Positions 1 through 10,177 of a stretch of DNA of 64,000 bases are shown here, piece after piece. The position numbers and the translations under genes were made by a program. Source of the stretch: Colwellia sp. GTDB lineage: Bacteria; Pseudomonadota; Gammaproteobacteria; Enterobacterales; Alteromonadaceae. Position 1 is the first letter of the stretch. The number at the start of each line of letters is the position of its first letter. The stretch is taken from NCBI RefSeq assembly GCF_013215345.1, contig NZ_JABSOV010000010.1, positions 1,564 to 65,563 on the forward strand, read 5' to 3'. Below the pieces are notes generated by a model. That model was not told where the DNA came from. It ran no database searches and saw only the letters and a list, made by a program, of their open reading frames with translations.

Positions 1-700
1 GCACATGTTTATCTTTTTTAGCATATTTTTGCCAACGAGATTTACTTAGTATTGCCGAGACCAAGATATTTTCAGGAGTGAAATTAGCCGGCAAGGTAAA
101 TTCACCACTAATAATCTGGAAATATTGAAAACTGAACTTTACATCTTTCTTATTTAATTTAGAGACTTGGCCAAGTTTAAGCTTTATTGATTTTTCACCT
201 TCATAACCTTCAAAGACCAATTCTATATAGCCTTTACTATAGCGCCGCTTCAATTGCTGTTGCACTAAGGTCACTTGAAAATGGTATTGATTAGGTGTTT
301 TACTGGCGGTTATTTTCACACTTTCGACCAACAAGCCTGCAGCTTGTTTTTCTGGTGCCATTATTTTTTCGTAAAAAGCCAATTGCTTTTTCACTTCAAA
401 CTGTTGCACGGCTTCGGCTTTAAGTAAACTTTGTGCCTTTTTATTAGCAAGTTGTTCAACCGCTAACTCAACCTCTAAGGAGTGAATTCGTGCTGTACTC
501 TGCTCTTGTTGATGATAGAGTTGTTCCAATCTAAGCTTTTGTTGTTCAAGGCTGGTCACTTGAAAATAATGATAATAATTTCCCATTCGGTAGCCGATAA
601 AAAGACAAAGACCTATCACTGTGCATAAAAACAAAGCCGATTTAAAGGTGCCTAGGCGCTCAATGACTACCCTTAGATTTATTTTTGCTAACCATTTCAT
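1..700 (-). CDS. Membrane-anchored coiled-coil protein, DUF6776-like; 3' end runs off the window start
   Basis: Hand-translated minus frame open from ATG at 700 (MKWLAKINLRVVIERLGTFKSALFLCTVIGLCLFIGYRMGNYY...QLAFYEKIMAPEKQAAGL...FSFQYFQIISGEFTLPANFTPE) to position 1. Absent from the ORF track, presumably because there is no stop in the window. Family call from recalled motifs and the ClC/hemL context. Confidence 0.7.
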   Translation of the reverse strand, partial: MKWLAKINLRVVIERLGTFKSALFLCTVIGLCLFIGYRMGNYYHYFQVTSLEQQKLRLEQLYHQQEQSTARIHSLEVELAVEQLANKKAQSLLKAEAVQQFEVKKQLAFYEKIMAPEKQAAGLLVESVKITASKTPNQYHFQVTLVQQQLKRRYSKGYIELVFEGYEGEKSIKLKLGQVSKLNKKDVKFSFQYFQIISGEFTLPANFTPENILVSAILSKSRWQKYAKKDKHV

Positions 701-723
701 TTGTAAAGTATTATAATCCCGTA

Positions 724-2445
724 ATGATAATCTCAATCGCAGCAATAAGAAAACATCTAGCTCTACCAACAACCTCTTGGCAAATTTGTTTGCTGGCCAT
801 TATTGGTGGCTGCGCTTCCGCTTTATTAGTGGTGTTATTTACGCTTACTATCGAAGAAATTCAGCAACTTTACCTAATAAAGCGCGATAACTATAGCAGT
901 TTAGATGAGTTAAGTCGTTTTGATTTACCCATAATCGGCGCTCTTATCATCTTACTTATTGGTTGGCTTACCGGTTATAAATATTTACGCACCGGTATCC
1001 CCTTTGTTCTGCATAGATTAAAAGTTGCTCATGGTGTCATTCCCTTTAAAAACACCCTTAACCAATTTTGGGGCAGCGCGGTAGCACTAGCCTCTGGATT
1101 TTCTGTTGGCCGTGAAGGACCTGCGGTACACCTTGGCGCGGCCTGTAGTAGCTATATAGGTAGTGTTTTGAAACTACCTTATAACAGTATCCGTACCTTG
1201 TGCGCTTGTGGTATAGCCGCAGGCATAGCAGCAACATTTAACACCCCGATTGCCGCGGTTATTTTTGTTATGGAAGTAATAATGCGTGAATACAAGGTCC
1301 ATATTTTTGTGCCTGTTATGCTTGCTGCAATTGTTGGCTCCTTGATTACCCGAAGTGTCTTTGGCACCAGTCATAACTTTGAATACTTTCATACCATAGC
1401 ACTTGGCCAACACCACTACTTTTCCTTAGTAATGCTAGCCATAGTATTAGGCATATTGGCGGCAGCATTTAATAAGTACCTGGTTTTAATCATTAAACAC
1501 AGTGTTAAATACCATATAGTACCGCGCTTATTACTTGCTGCTTTTATTACCGGTACTTTAGGCTATTTAGTGCCTGGTGCTATGGGTACAGGCACAAGTG
1601 CCATAGATATTTCCTTAACCAGTAACTTGCAGCTAGGTTTGTTATTTAGCTTACTTATCGCAAAATTATTAATGACCATGTTTGCTCTTGGCTTAGGTAT
1701 ACCGGGCGGTATTATTGGCCCGACACTCGGTATAGGAGCTATAGCTGGCGCTTGCGCTGGTGCGTTAGTGATACAAGTATTACCCGGTGAGCACCTTGGC
1801 AGTGATTTCATTCTCATGGGCATGGCCGGTTTTATGGCTGCCAGCTTGAATGCGCCACTTGCCGCTCTACTCACTGTGGTAGAGCTATCTGGTCAACTTG
1901 AGTTGGTTGTTCCCGCCATGATTGTCATTACCATTGCCAGTATAGTGTCTCGACAACTTTGTAAAAACGAGTCTATTTTTATCATGCAATTAGATGCGCA
2001 AAACTTATCCTATCGCAAACCGCCCATTGAAGAATCATTGCAAAATATTGGTGTCTTAGCGGTAATGAAAGATAATTTTTTGATGTTAGAGCAAGCCAGT
2101 AATCGCTCTATTATCGGTGAACTACTAAATTGTGATGAATCACAACTCATTATTAATAAAGCACCAGCACAGTCGGCAAAGATAAATGATTACTATTGGG
2201 CGCAATTCGATGCTGAGATAGCTGACGATGAAGGTGAGGACATTGAACATAACCTTGCTAAGAAGTTGATATTACATAAGCTTATTCCACTGAATCATCA
2301 AGCAACCTTGGCAGAAGCATATTTAGCATTAGTTGAGCAACGTTCAGGGGCGGTATACATTTATCATAAAGATATCAACGACTGTATTGGTCTAGTCACT
2401 TTTGAACAACTTAGAATTTATTTAGTAGCAGGAAAACTCCTTTAA
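724..2445 (+). CDS. ClC-family chloride channel/transporter with degenerate C-terminal CBS-like region
   Basis: GREGP motif, AATFNTPIAAVIFVME, multiple TM helices. ATG at 724 is preferred over the TTG at 685, which overlaps the divergent gene. Confidence 0.9.
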   Translation: MIISIAAIRKHLALPTTSWQICLLAIIGGCASALLVVLFTLTIEEIQQLYLIKRDNYSSLDELSRFDLPIIGALIILLIGWLTGYKYLRTGIPFVLHRLKVAHGVIPFKNTLNQFWGSAVALASGFSVGREGPAVHLGAACSSYIGSVLKLPYNSIRTLCACGIAAGIAATFNTPIAAVIFVMEVIMREYKVHIFVPVMLAAIVGSLITRSVFGTSHNFEYFHTIALGQHHYFSLVMLAIVLGILAAAFNKYLVLIIKHSVKYHIVPRLLLAAFITGTLGYLVPGAMGTGTSAIDISLTSNLQLGLLFSLLIAKLLMTMFALGLGIPGGIIGPTLGIGAIAGACAGALVIQVLPGEHLGSDFILMGMAGFMAASLNAPLAALLTVVELSGQLELVVPAMIVITIASIVSRQLCKNESIFIMQLDAQNLSYRKPPIEESLQNIGVLAVMKDNFLMLEQASNRSIIGELLNCDESQLIINKAPAQSAKINDYYWAQFDAEIADDEGEDIEHNLAKKLILHKLIPLNHQATLAEAYLALVEQRSGAVYIYHKDINDCIGLVTFEQLRIYLVAGKLL

Positions 2446-2891
2446 TGGACACATTTTTAATCAACAATATCCTCTGGCTCAAAGCCTTCCATGTTTTTTT
2501 TATGGTCGCTTGGTTTGCTGGTATCTTTTATTTACCACGTTTATTTGTCAATCACGCAGAAACCAAATCAACTGAAGTCGCTCAGCACCTTAAGGGCATG
2601 GAAAAACGTTTACTGTATTTTATCACTCCTTTTGCCATTTTCACCTTAATAATGGGTTTAGCAATAATCTACACTTACGGACATGACTGGTTTATTGCTG
2701 CTAAGTGGCTACACATTAAATTGAGCTTAGTGATAGTGCTATTTGTTTACCACGGCTATTGTTTTAAGTTAGTGAAAACCTTTGCCCAAGATAAAAATAC
2801 CCGTTCAGGTCGCTTCTATCGTATTTTCAATGAACTTCCGGTACTTATTTTATTAGCAGTTATTATTTTAGCTTACGTTAAGCCGATGTAA
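2445..2891 (+). CDS. hemJ: Protoporphyrinogen IX oxidase HemJ (CopD/UPF0093 family)
   Basis: WLKAFHVFFMVAWFAGIFYLPRLFVNH and RIFNELP signatures; start overlaps the ClC stop (TAATG). Confidence 0.9.
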   Translation: MDTFLINNILWLKAFHVFFMVAWFAGIFYLPRLFVNHAETKSTEVAQHLKGMEKRLLYFITPFAIFTLIMGLAIIYTYGHDWFIAAKWLHIKLSLVIVLFVYHGYCFKLVKTFAQDKNTRSGRFYRIFNELPVLILLAVIILAYVKPM

Positions 2892-3333
2892 CTTCCACTC
2901 ACCTATTACATTCGGTTAAGGCCAACTAAGGTAAGTTATGCTGTACTTATATTTGGGTTATGTAGCCACGCAACTTTATGCCATTACCGAAGTGTTTTCA
3001 AAAAACACCGTGGCGCTCAAGGCCAAGCAAACAAAGTCACTTTATTTATTTCGGGTATCGTTATTGCGTTAGTCGAGCATGGTTTTAGTTATTTTAATTT
3101 ATTGACTGATAAGCCCCATGACATCAGTACCGCAATCGTTTTTTATTGTTTTTCCTAGTAGCTTATTTACCGTTAAACAAACAACAAACCGCCGATTTGT
3201 AGACAAAATAAATAACAGTGAACCCCACTTCATTTTTCATACATTACAGTTATAATCTAAATAGGGTAACTTGCCCACAATATAAAAAAAATGTTAATCC
3301 ACTTATGGATAACCTAAATTAGGGAACATTTTA

Positions 3334-5421
3334 ATGAAGTACATTTTAGTCGCTTGCTTAGCATTCACTACTCTTTTATCAACAGTCAATGCCAATAGCC
3401 AATCAACGTTACCAATAATCAAGCCCAAGATTGTTGGTGGTCAACTTGCAGACAAAAATGACTGGCCTTGGATGGCTGCCTTAGTCTCTACCTATAATGA
3501 GGTCAACACCTCTTTAGAGGTCGCCGGTATTCCCTATATTAGTTCGCCTTTTTCATATAGCCCATCGGGTCAAGCCAGTGCCACTATGGCTGACTGTGGT
3601 ATTGGCGATAGTCAATGTGACTCGGCAGCAGAGAAAATATGTCTAATTGCTCGCGGGGAAATCGATTTTTCCGTCAAAGTTAATAATTGCCAAAGCGGTG
3701 GCGGTATTGGTGCAATTATCTTTAATAATGTTTTAGGTGATCTCAATGGCACCTTAGGCGAAAATTTTACTGGCACTATTCCTGTGGTAGCCATTAGCCA
3801 AAACGATGGTGCTACTTTACTGAATAACCTTGGTAGTATCGCCAGCCTTAATGTTACAGCCCAACAGAAAATTACTCAAAGCGCTACTTGTGGTGCTAGT
3901 TTTATCGGTGAGCAATGGGTACTTACCGCTGCTCATTGTGTTGTTGATGCCAATATTAACTTGCTAAAAGTCAATGTCGGTGAATATGACTTAAATGATG
4001 GTGCTGAAAATGCCACAGCCATTAAACGTATTTATATTCATCCAGAATATAATGAAGGTGCATCTTTTAATAACGATATTGCCCTGATAGAACTAGTTGA
4101 AACTATTGACAATCCAGCGGTAACGCTAGCTGATTTAGATTCGAGTAAACAGCTAGCCTTAGACAACGCAGCAGTAACAGTTATAGGTTGGGGCAATGTT
4201 AACGCTTATGGGGCAAATGAAGAATCCCCGCCCAATAGTCAGCCCGATAAATTGCGTCAAGTTGAGCTCTCATTACTCAGTAATGAGCAATGCAAAGATA
4301 AATTAGTGCAGGCTTATAGTGATTTAGATAACATTACTTATTTACCTAGTCAGGTAGGTATTACTGACAGCATGATCTGTGCTGAGTTCTTAGGCGAACC
4401 TAAAGGTTCATGCCAAGGAGATAGTGGCGGGCCATTGTTAGTTAACACTAATCAAGGCTGGCAACAAATTGGCATAGTCAGTTACGGTGTCGGCTGTGCC
4501 GTTGCAGCGTTTCCAGATGTTTACGCCCGTGTTGGCCAGTTTACTACTTGGATTAACAAAATTACCAAAGGCATAGCCATAGAGCCAAGTTATGATTTTG
4601 CCATTACCCCACAAAACACTGCACAAACAACTCAACTAACAGTCACCAATAATAGTAATTTAACCGCTAATTTAACTTTCACCCTAATAGCAGACAAAAT
4701 TGGCAGTACTGGCTTTAGTTTGACTACCGATAATTGCACTACGTTAGCAGCAAAACAAAGTTGCCAAATTCAACTTGCCTTCGATGCTAAAACGGCTGGC
4801 ATACATAAAGTTAGGATTATTATTAATAGTAATGATGAAGCTATTCCAACTAGCCAAAGCTATATAAGTGCACAAGCGATTGCCGCCAATAATAACATTA
4901 ATACTCAGTTATCTAATGGCTCCACTGAACTACTTTGGTTTAGCGGTGGTGATCAACCTTGGTTACTTGATAATAGCGAGGCAGCAATTTTCAGCGGAGA
5001 CATAACTGATGATCAGCAAAGCGCGGTTATGCTGACATTCTCTGGCGCGGGTAGCTTATCATTTGATTGGAAAGTTTCTTCAGAAGAAAACACCGATAAT
5101 CCTGATGATCCCTATGATGCCTTGTATCTATTTGTTGATGGTGAACAAATAGATTTTATCTCTGGCGAAGTCCTTTATACCAAGGTAACTGTCCCTGACT
5201 TTCCTGTCGGTGAACATCAAATAACATGGCTTTACCTCAAAGATGGAGCTACTAGCGAAGGAAGTGACCAAGGGTATTTAAAGAACATCGTTTTTACCCC
5301 AACTGCTGCACCTGTTTTCCTACCTGTTCCAGCTCAAGACACGGGGAAATCAAGCGGTGGTAGCGTCTATTATATTCTGATGCTACTAACCTTACTAACC
5401 TTTAACCGTCGACGAAGTTAA
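3334..5421 (+). CDS. Secreted S1 (trypsin-fold) serine protease with inserted PA domain, Ig-like and beta-sandwich domains, and GlyGly-CTERM anchor
   Basis: Signal peptide, IVGG, TAAHC / NDIAL / GDSGGP triad, PA motif CLIARGEIDFSVKVNNCQSGGGIGAIIFNN, C-terminal SSGGS + TM + RRRS. Confidence 0.9.
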   Translation: MKYILVACLAFTTLLSTVNANSQSTLPIIKPKIVGGQLADKNDWPWMAALVSTYNEVNTSLEVAGIPYISSPFSYSPSGQASATMADCGIGDSQCDSAAEKICLIARGEIDFSVKVNNCQSGGGIGAIIFNNVLGDLNGTLGENFTGTIPVVAISQNDGATLLNNLGSIASLNVTAQQKITQSATCGASFIGEQWVLTAAHCVVDANINLLKVNVGEYDLNDGAENATAIKRIYIHPEYNEGASFNNDIALIELVETIDNPAVTLADLDSSKQLALDNAAVTVIGWGNVNAYGANEESPPNSQPDKLRQVELSLLSNEQCKDKLVQAYSDLDNITYLPSQVGITDSMICAEFLGEPKGSCQGDSGGPLLVNTNQGWQQIGIVSYGVGCAVAAFPDVYARVGQFTTWINKITKGIAIEPSYDFAITPQNTAQTTQLTVTNNSNLTANLTFTLIADKIGSTGFSLTTDNCTTLAAKQSCQIQLAFDAKTAGIHKVRIIINSNDEAIPTSQSYISAQAIAANNNINTQLSNGSTELLWFSGGDQPWLLDNSEAAIFSGDITDDQQSAVMLTFSGAGSLSFDWKVSSEENTDNPDDPYDALYLFVDGEQIDFISGEVLYTKVTVPDFPVGEHQITWLYLKDGATSEGSDQGYLKNIVFTPTAAPVFLPVPAQDTGKSSGGSVYYILMLLTLLTFNRRRS

Positions 5422-5439
5422 GGGCAAGCTATCGATAAT

Positions 5440-5467
5440 AAAAAGGCAGTTTTATCTGCCTTTTTTT
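5440..5467. terminator. Intrinsic terminator after the protease gene
   Basis: AAAAAGGCAG-ttttat-CTGCCTTTTTTT hairpin with A/T tails. Confidence 0.8.
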
Positions 5468-5577
5468 ATTTTCATCGTGTACTGACAGCAGGTTAAAATA
5501 TTGTTTACCATTCGCAAATTGGTCATTTTATGCTATATTCTTGGCAAATTTTTCCCCTTTCAATGTAACTAATCACG

Positions 5578-6591
5578 ATGATGAAATTTCAAGGTAACCA
5601 TATTCTATCGGTATCACAATTTGACCGAGAGGCTATCGTAAAGATTTTACAAATTTCCGCACAAATGGCACCTTATGCGTCACGACAAAAACGTTGTCAT
5701 GTGCTCGAAGGTGCGATATTAAGTAACTTATTTTTTGAACCAAGTACACGTACCCGTGTTAGTTTTGGTACCGCCTTTAACTTACTCGGCGGTTTTGTCC
5801 GTGAAACCGTTGGTCAAGAAAACTCATCACTAAGTAAAGGTGAATCTTTATTTGATACCGCGCAAGTGATCAGCGGCTATTCCGATGTCATTGCCATGCG
5901 TCATCCACAAATGCACTCGGTAGATCAGTTTGCTCTAGGCAGTACAGTGCCAGTTATCAATGGTGGTGATGGTGCCAATGAACACCCTACTCAGGCTTTA
6001 CTAGATTTATTTACTATTCAGTCTGAAATGATGCACTTTAATAAAGGCTTAGATGATTTAAATATTGTTTTGATGGGTGACTTAAAACATGGTCGTACCG
6101 TACATTCATTATCCAAATTACTCAGTCTTTATGACAATGTTAAAGTGACTATGGTGGCACCCAAGGCCTTACAAATGCCTGACAGTGTAATTTCAACATT
6201 AACTGATGCCGGTCATGAAGTGATTTTGACAGAAACTATGGCGGGAAATTTATCTGCTGATGTTATCTATCAAACCAGAATTCAGCAAGAGCGCTTTGCC
6301 AGCAAAGATGAAGCAGAATTATATCGCGGACATTTCAGTTTGAATAAGAGTGTTTACCAAAAATATTGTCAAGAAAATACCGTTATCATGCATCCATTGC
6401 CGCGTGACTCTCGCCCTGAAGCCAATGAATTAGATACAGATTTAAATGACTTAGATAACCTAGCTATTTTTAGGCAAGCACAAAATGGTGTTTTAGTGCG
6501 TATGGCCTTATTTGCCTTAACGTTAGGTGTTGAAGATCAAATCACAAATTACGAAAAGCCGGTAAACTGGTTCACAAATAAAAATACTTAA
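5578..6591 (+). CDS. pyrB: Aspartate carbamoyltransferase catalytic subunit (no adjacent pyrI)
   Basis: FEPSTRTR, HPTQALLD and HPLPR motifs. Confidence 0.95.
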   Translation: MMKFQGNHILSVSQFDREAIVKILQISAQMAPYASRQKRCHVLEGAILSNLFFEPSTRTRVSFGTAFNLLGGFVRETVGQENSSLSKGESLFDTAQVISGYSDVIAMRHPQMHSVDQFALGSTVPVINGGDGANEHPTQALLDLFTIQSEMMHFNKGLDDLNIVLMGDLKHGRTVHSLSKLLSLYDNVKVTMVAPKALQMPDSVISTLTDAGHEVILTETMAGNLSADVIYQTRIQQERFASKDEAELYRGHFSLNKSVYQKYCQENTVIMHPLPRDSRPEANELDTDLNDLDNLAIFRQAQNGVLVRMALFALTLGVEDQITNYEKPVNWFTNKNT

Positions 6592-6634
6592 TTGCCATTA
6601 TGGAGCTAGCCTGAGCATGGGCTATCTCCTTGTA

Positions 6635-6709
6635 TTAACGTTAGGTGTTGAAGATCAAATCAGCAATTATGAAAAACCAGTAAACTGGTTGAAAAATAAA
6701 AATGCTTAG
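6635..6709 (+). repeat. Diverged direct copy of the last 75 bp of pyrB (6517-6591)
   Basis: 66/75 nt identical by manual alignment; encodes LTLGVEDQISNYEKPVNWLKNKNA* versus LTLGVEDQITNYEKPVNWFTNKNT*. Confidence 0.95.
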
Positions 6710-6753
6710 CGGCAATACTCCCTATAAGTAACGACTTTTAGAAGAAATATATT

Positions 6754-8037
6754 ATGAATAAATCAGAACAGTTATTTGAACAAGCTCAAAAAATAATTCC
6801 CGGTGGTGTTAACTCGCCAGTGCGTGCTTTCAATGGTGTTGGCGGAACTCCTTGCTTTATAAAACGTGCCCAAGGTGCTTATATTTATGATGCAGATGAT
6901 AAAGCTTACATTGACTATGTTGGCTCTTGGGGACCAATGATTTTAGGGCATAACCACCCAGCCATTCTTGATGCCGTTATTACTACGGCAAAAAATGGCT
7001 TGAGTTTTGGTGCGCCAACTGAGCTTGAAATTACCATGGCTGAAAAGGTTCGTGAGTTAGTGCCATCAATGGAATGTTTACGTATGGTTAGCTCTGGTAC
7101 TGAAGCTACCATGAGCGCTATCCGTTTAGCGCGTGGTTATACTGGCCGCGATAAAATATTAAAATTTGAAGGTTGTTACCATGGTCATGCTGACTCATTG
7201 TTAGTAAAAGCAGGCTCAGGTGCATTGACTATGGGTATACCTAATTCACCAGGTATTCCTGCTGACTTCGCTAAACACACACTAACGGTTAGCTATAACA
7301 ATATCGAAGAAGTAAAAGAGATTTTTGCTAAATACGCCGATGAGATAGCTTGTATTATTGTTGAACCTGTCGCCGGCAACATGAACTGTATTCCTCCAGT
7401 TGCTGGTTTTCTTGAAGGTTTACGTGCGGTGTGTGATCAGTACAGTAGCGTATTAATCTTTGATGAAGTAATGACTGGTTTTCGTGTCGCACTAGGTGGT
7501 GCACAAGCTCTTTATAACATTAAACCGGACCTTACCACTTTAGGTAAAGTTATTGGCGGCGGCATGCCTGTTGGCGCATTTGGTGGTAAACAAGAGATAA
7601 TGGACTATATCGCCCCAATTGGCCCAGTTTATCAAGCCGGTACTTTATCAGGTAACCCAATTGCTATGGCGGCAGGTTTAGCGTCATTAACTGAGCTAGC
7701 TCAAGGTGATAAACATCAACAATTAAGTGCTGCTACTGAAAAGCTAGCTATGGGCTTTAAAGCCGCCGCTGAACGTAATGGTGTTAGCTTAAGTGTAAAT
7801 TATGTTGGTGCCATGTTTGGCTTCTTCTTTACCGACGACAAAAACCCTATCACCAGCTACAAACAAGCAACTCAATGTGATGACGAGATGTTCAAACGTT
7901 TCTTCCACTTGATGCTAGCTGAAGGGATTTACTTAGCACCATCGTCTTATGAAACTGGATTTTTATCAACCGCACATAGCGATGACATTATAGAAAAAAC
8001 ATTAGTTGCTGTTGATAAGTGTTTCGCTCAGCTATAA
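6754..8037 (+). CDS. hemL: Glutamate-1-semialdehyde 2,1-aminomutase
   Basis: [24 protein letters not shown] lysine in LGKVIGGG. Confidence 0.97.
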   Translation: MNKSEQLFEQAQKIIPGGVNSPVRAFNGVGGTPCFIKRAQGAYIYDADDKAYIDYVGSWGPMILGHNHPAILDAVITTAKNGLSFGAPTELEITMAEKVRELVPSMECLRMVSSGTEATMSAIRLARGYTGRDKILKFEGCYHGHADSLLVKAGSGALTMGIPNSPGIPADFAKHTLTVSYNNIEEVKEIFAKYADEIACIIVEPVAGNMNCIPPVAGFLEGLRAVCDQYSSVLIFDEVMTGFRVALGGAQALYNIKPDLTTLGKVIGGGMPVGAFGGKQEIMDYIAPIGPVYQAGTLSGNPIAMAAGLASLTELAQGDKHQQLSAATEKLAMGFKAAAERNGVSLSVNYVGAMFGFFFTDDKNPITSYKQATQCDDEMFKRFFHLMLAEGIYLAPSSYETGFLSTAHSDDIIEKTLVAVDKCFAQL

Positions 8038-8074
8038 CTAGCAATTTATTTTGTAAACTATAATTCTTGATATA

Positions 8075-8108
8075 AAAAAGCGACTTAAATTCATTTAAGT
8101 CGCTTTTT
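8075..8108. terminator. Bidirectional intrinsic terminator between hemL and the convergent gene
   Basis: AAAAAGCGACTTAAA...TTTAAGTCGCTTTTT. Confidence 0.85.
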
Positions 8109-8173
8109 CTTTAATAAATTGCTTCTATCTATTAAAGCAGCTCTTTTCAGTTCGGCTCCTGACAGCGTTGCCT

Positions 8174-8566
8174 TCAATTAGCCAATAAATCAAGCTCAGC
8201 TTGTAGCCAATCATAACCTTGCTGCCAGCCAAATTCTAATGCTGGAAATACTTTTAAATTCCAATCATCGATGGCTCGTAGCGACATGACATCGTCTATT
8301 ATTTTCTGGTCTTCATCTTTATAAACAATCACCGCAATAGCAACTAACTTCTCATGTGAAGCCATGGTCATTTTTGCCTCAAAAGTGTAGCTATAGCTAT
8401 TTACTTTATTGATCAGCAAGACAAAGTTATCATTCAGCTGCTGGCTAAGAAAATCATCGAATTCATCAAGCATCTCCATTGATACTTCAATGCCTTCAGC
8501 TATAATTAGTTCAACAATACAATCACTTAATAAATTTACCGTTGCAAAACTTAACTGCTGTTTCAT
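8174..8566 (-). CDS. Small hypothetical protein, probably STAS/SEC14 (SpoIIAA-like)
   Basis: 130-aa ORF with a plausible RBS; family call from general resemblance only. Confidence 0.55.
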   Translation of the reverse strand: MKQQLSFATVNLLSDCIVELIIAEGIEVSMEMLDEFDDFLSQQLNDNFVLLINKVNSYSYTFEAKMTMASHEKLVAIAVIVYKDEDQKIIDDVMSLRAIDDWNLKVFPALEFGWQQGYDWLQAELDLLAN

Positions 8567-8665
8567 GGTTACACCCCGCCTACTACTATTTTATTACTCT
8601 ATAGTAAAGCTACGATTTTTACCAATAACCTGCTCATTTATTGTACACGCACCCTAAAATAGCCA

Positions 8666-9898
8666 CTATAAAAACTGATCAAATAATTGTACGGTGACCA
8701 TTTCACCTGCCGCGACCTTACCTTGTTCACTTGGCAGAATAATATAACAGTTAGCCTTAGCTAAACTAGATAAGATACCTGAACCCTGCGCGCCAGTAGA
8801 ACTAACGATATTTTCACCTTGTGAGTTAATCGCTAAGACACCTCGTTGAAAATCCATGCGTCCTGGAGATTTACGCAAGTCAGTACTGCATTTCACTGTT
8901 AAATGCGTACGCTTTAAAGGTTGAGCATTTTGCATTTTAGTTAAGGCAACCAAGGCTAATTGATGAAAAGTTACCAAGGCTGAAACTGGGTTACCTGGCA
9001 AACCAAAAAATAGGCTGTTGGCTAGCTTGCCAAAAGCAAAGGGCTTACCTGGTTTCATTGCTATTTTCCAAAAAGCTATTTCACCCAATTCATCTAGCAC
9101 AGTTTTAGTGTAATCCGCATCACCTACCGAAACACCGCCAGAAGAAATTACTGCATCAGCTTGCTCATCGGCACTAATAAAGGCTGATTTTATTGCTGAA
9201 AAATCATCTTCAATAATACCAAAATCAATGACATCAACATGTAGTTTTTGCAGCATGGCAGCTAAAACAAAACTGTTAGACTCATAAATATCACCAACTC
9301 GTAATGTTTGTCCCGGTAATTTTAATTCATCACCGGTAGCGATCAAAGCTACCTTTAATTTACGATAGACTTTAACTTCAGCCACACCCAATGAAGCAAG
9401 CACACCAATATCAACCGCCGTTAATTTTTTGCCTAATTGCAATACTTGTTGACCGAGTTGAATATCTTCCCCGGCATTACGGACATGGCAGCCAAAACTT
9501 TTATCTTGTAAAAAAGTAATTTGTTCTCCATCCGCGCTAACATTTTCTTGCATCTCTACTGAATCACAACAGTCAGGCATTTTAGCCCCGGTCATAATAC
9601 GAATGCATTCTCCAGCCTGACATACACCTTGAAAAGGTGCTCCTGCCATAGAGCGGCCAACAAGGGTAAGGATTTTATTAGCCGTAAAACTCCCAAGAGC
9701 AAAAGCATAACCATCCATTGCAGAGTTATCATGAGGTGGTACATTTAATGGGCTAGCAATATCTTGTGCTAAAACATAGTGCAAGGCTTGGTCAATGGCT
9801 AAGGTTAATGTTTCGGTGACAGGTGAAACTTGCGCTAGCATATTCGCTAAAGCTTGTTCAAAAGGTAAAAGCCCTGGAGCTGAGCAACAATCAGACAT
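8666..9898 (-). CDS. moeA: Molybdopterin molybdotransferase MoeA
   Basis: NSAMDGYA, IRIMTGA, SSGGVSVGDAD, GLPGNPVS. Confidence 0.96.
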   Translation of the reverse strand: MSDCCSAPGLLPFEQALANMLAQVSPVTETLTLAIDQALHYVLAQDIASPLNVPPHDNSAMDGYAFALGSFTANKILTLVGRSMAGAPFQGVCQAGECIRIMTGAKMPDCCDSVEMQENVSADGEQITFLQDKSFGCHVRNAGEDIQLGQQVLQLGKKLTAVDIGVLASLGVAEVKVYRKLKVALIATGDELKLPGQTLRVGDIYESNSFVLAAMLQKLHVDVIDFGIIEDDFSAIKSAFISADEQADAVISSGGVSVGDADYTKTVLDELGEIAFWKIAMKPGKPFAFGKLANSLFFGLPGNPVSALVTFHQLALVALTKMQNAQPLKRTHLTVKCSTDLRKSPGRMDFQRGVLAINSQGENIVSSTGAQGSGILSSLAKANCYIILPSEQGKVAAGEMVTVQLFDQFL

Positions 9899-10046
9899 AA
9901 AAAACTCGCTTAAATACGTTAATACATGAACATCACTCTAAACTAGGTAAATCTACCAGCCTGATTAGAAAGATATTGGTTAAATCCGTTATAGATAGTA
10001 TCGCTTAAGTACCCACAAAATTAATAGTGATAAAACCGCAACTTTA

Positions 10047-10088
10047 TTGATTTTGATCAATATTAAGGTCGGCTAAAAAAATTATTAT
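10047..10088 (+). promoter_or_regulatory. FNR box with class II promoter for the moaA operon
   Basis: Perfect TTGAT-TTTG-ATCAA at 10047-10060; a -10 TATTAT at 10083-10088 lies at the spacing expected for a site centred at -41.5. Confidence 0.75.
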
Positions 10089-10177
10089 CACGTCAGCAAA
10101 GTAATATATGCCATCCGCCTGAACTTGCATCTTAAAGTAGAGCAGGTATATACTAAATATTGAACAGAATTTTATTT

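Noticed and set aside
2892-3160. Open frame after hemJ (...KVTLFISGIVIALVEHGFSYFNLL...)
   Set aside because: No start codon in that frame and no recognisable family; it may be a remnant but is unsupported.
5578-6591. Absence of pyrI and pyrL next to pyrB as a novelty
   Set aside because: Stand-alone pyrB is known in related marine gammaproteobacteria; pyrI may be absent or elsewhere.
9986-10006. Possible ModE box (CGTTATA...TATCGC) upstream of moaA
   Set aside because: Only one half-site matches, and there is no modE in the window.
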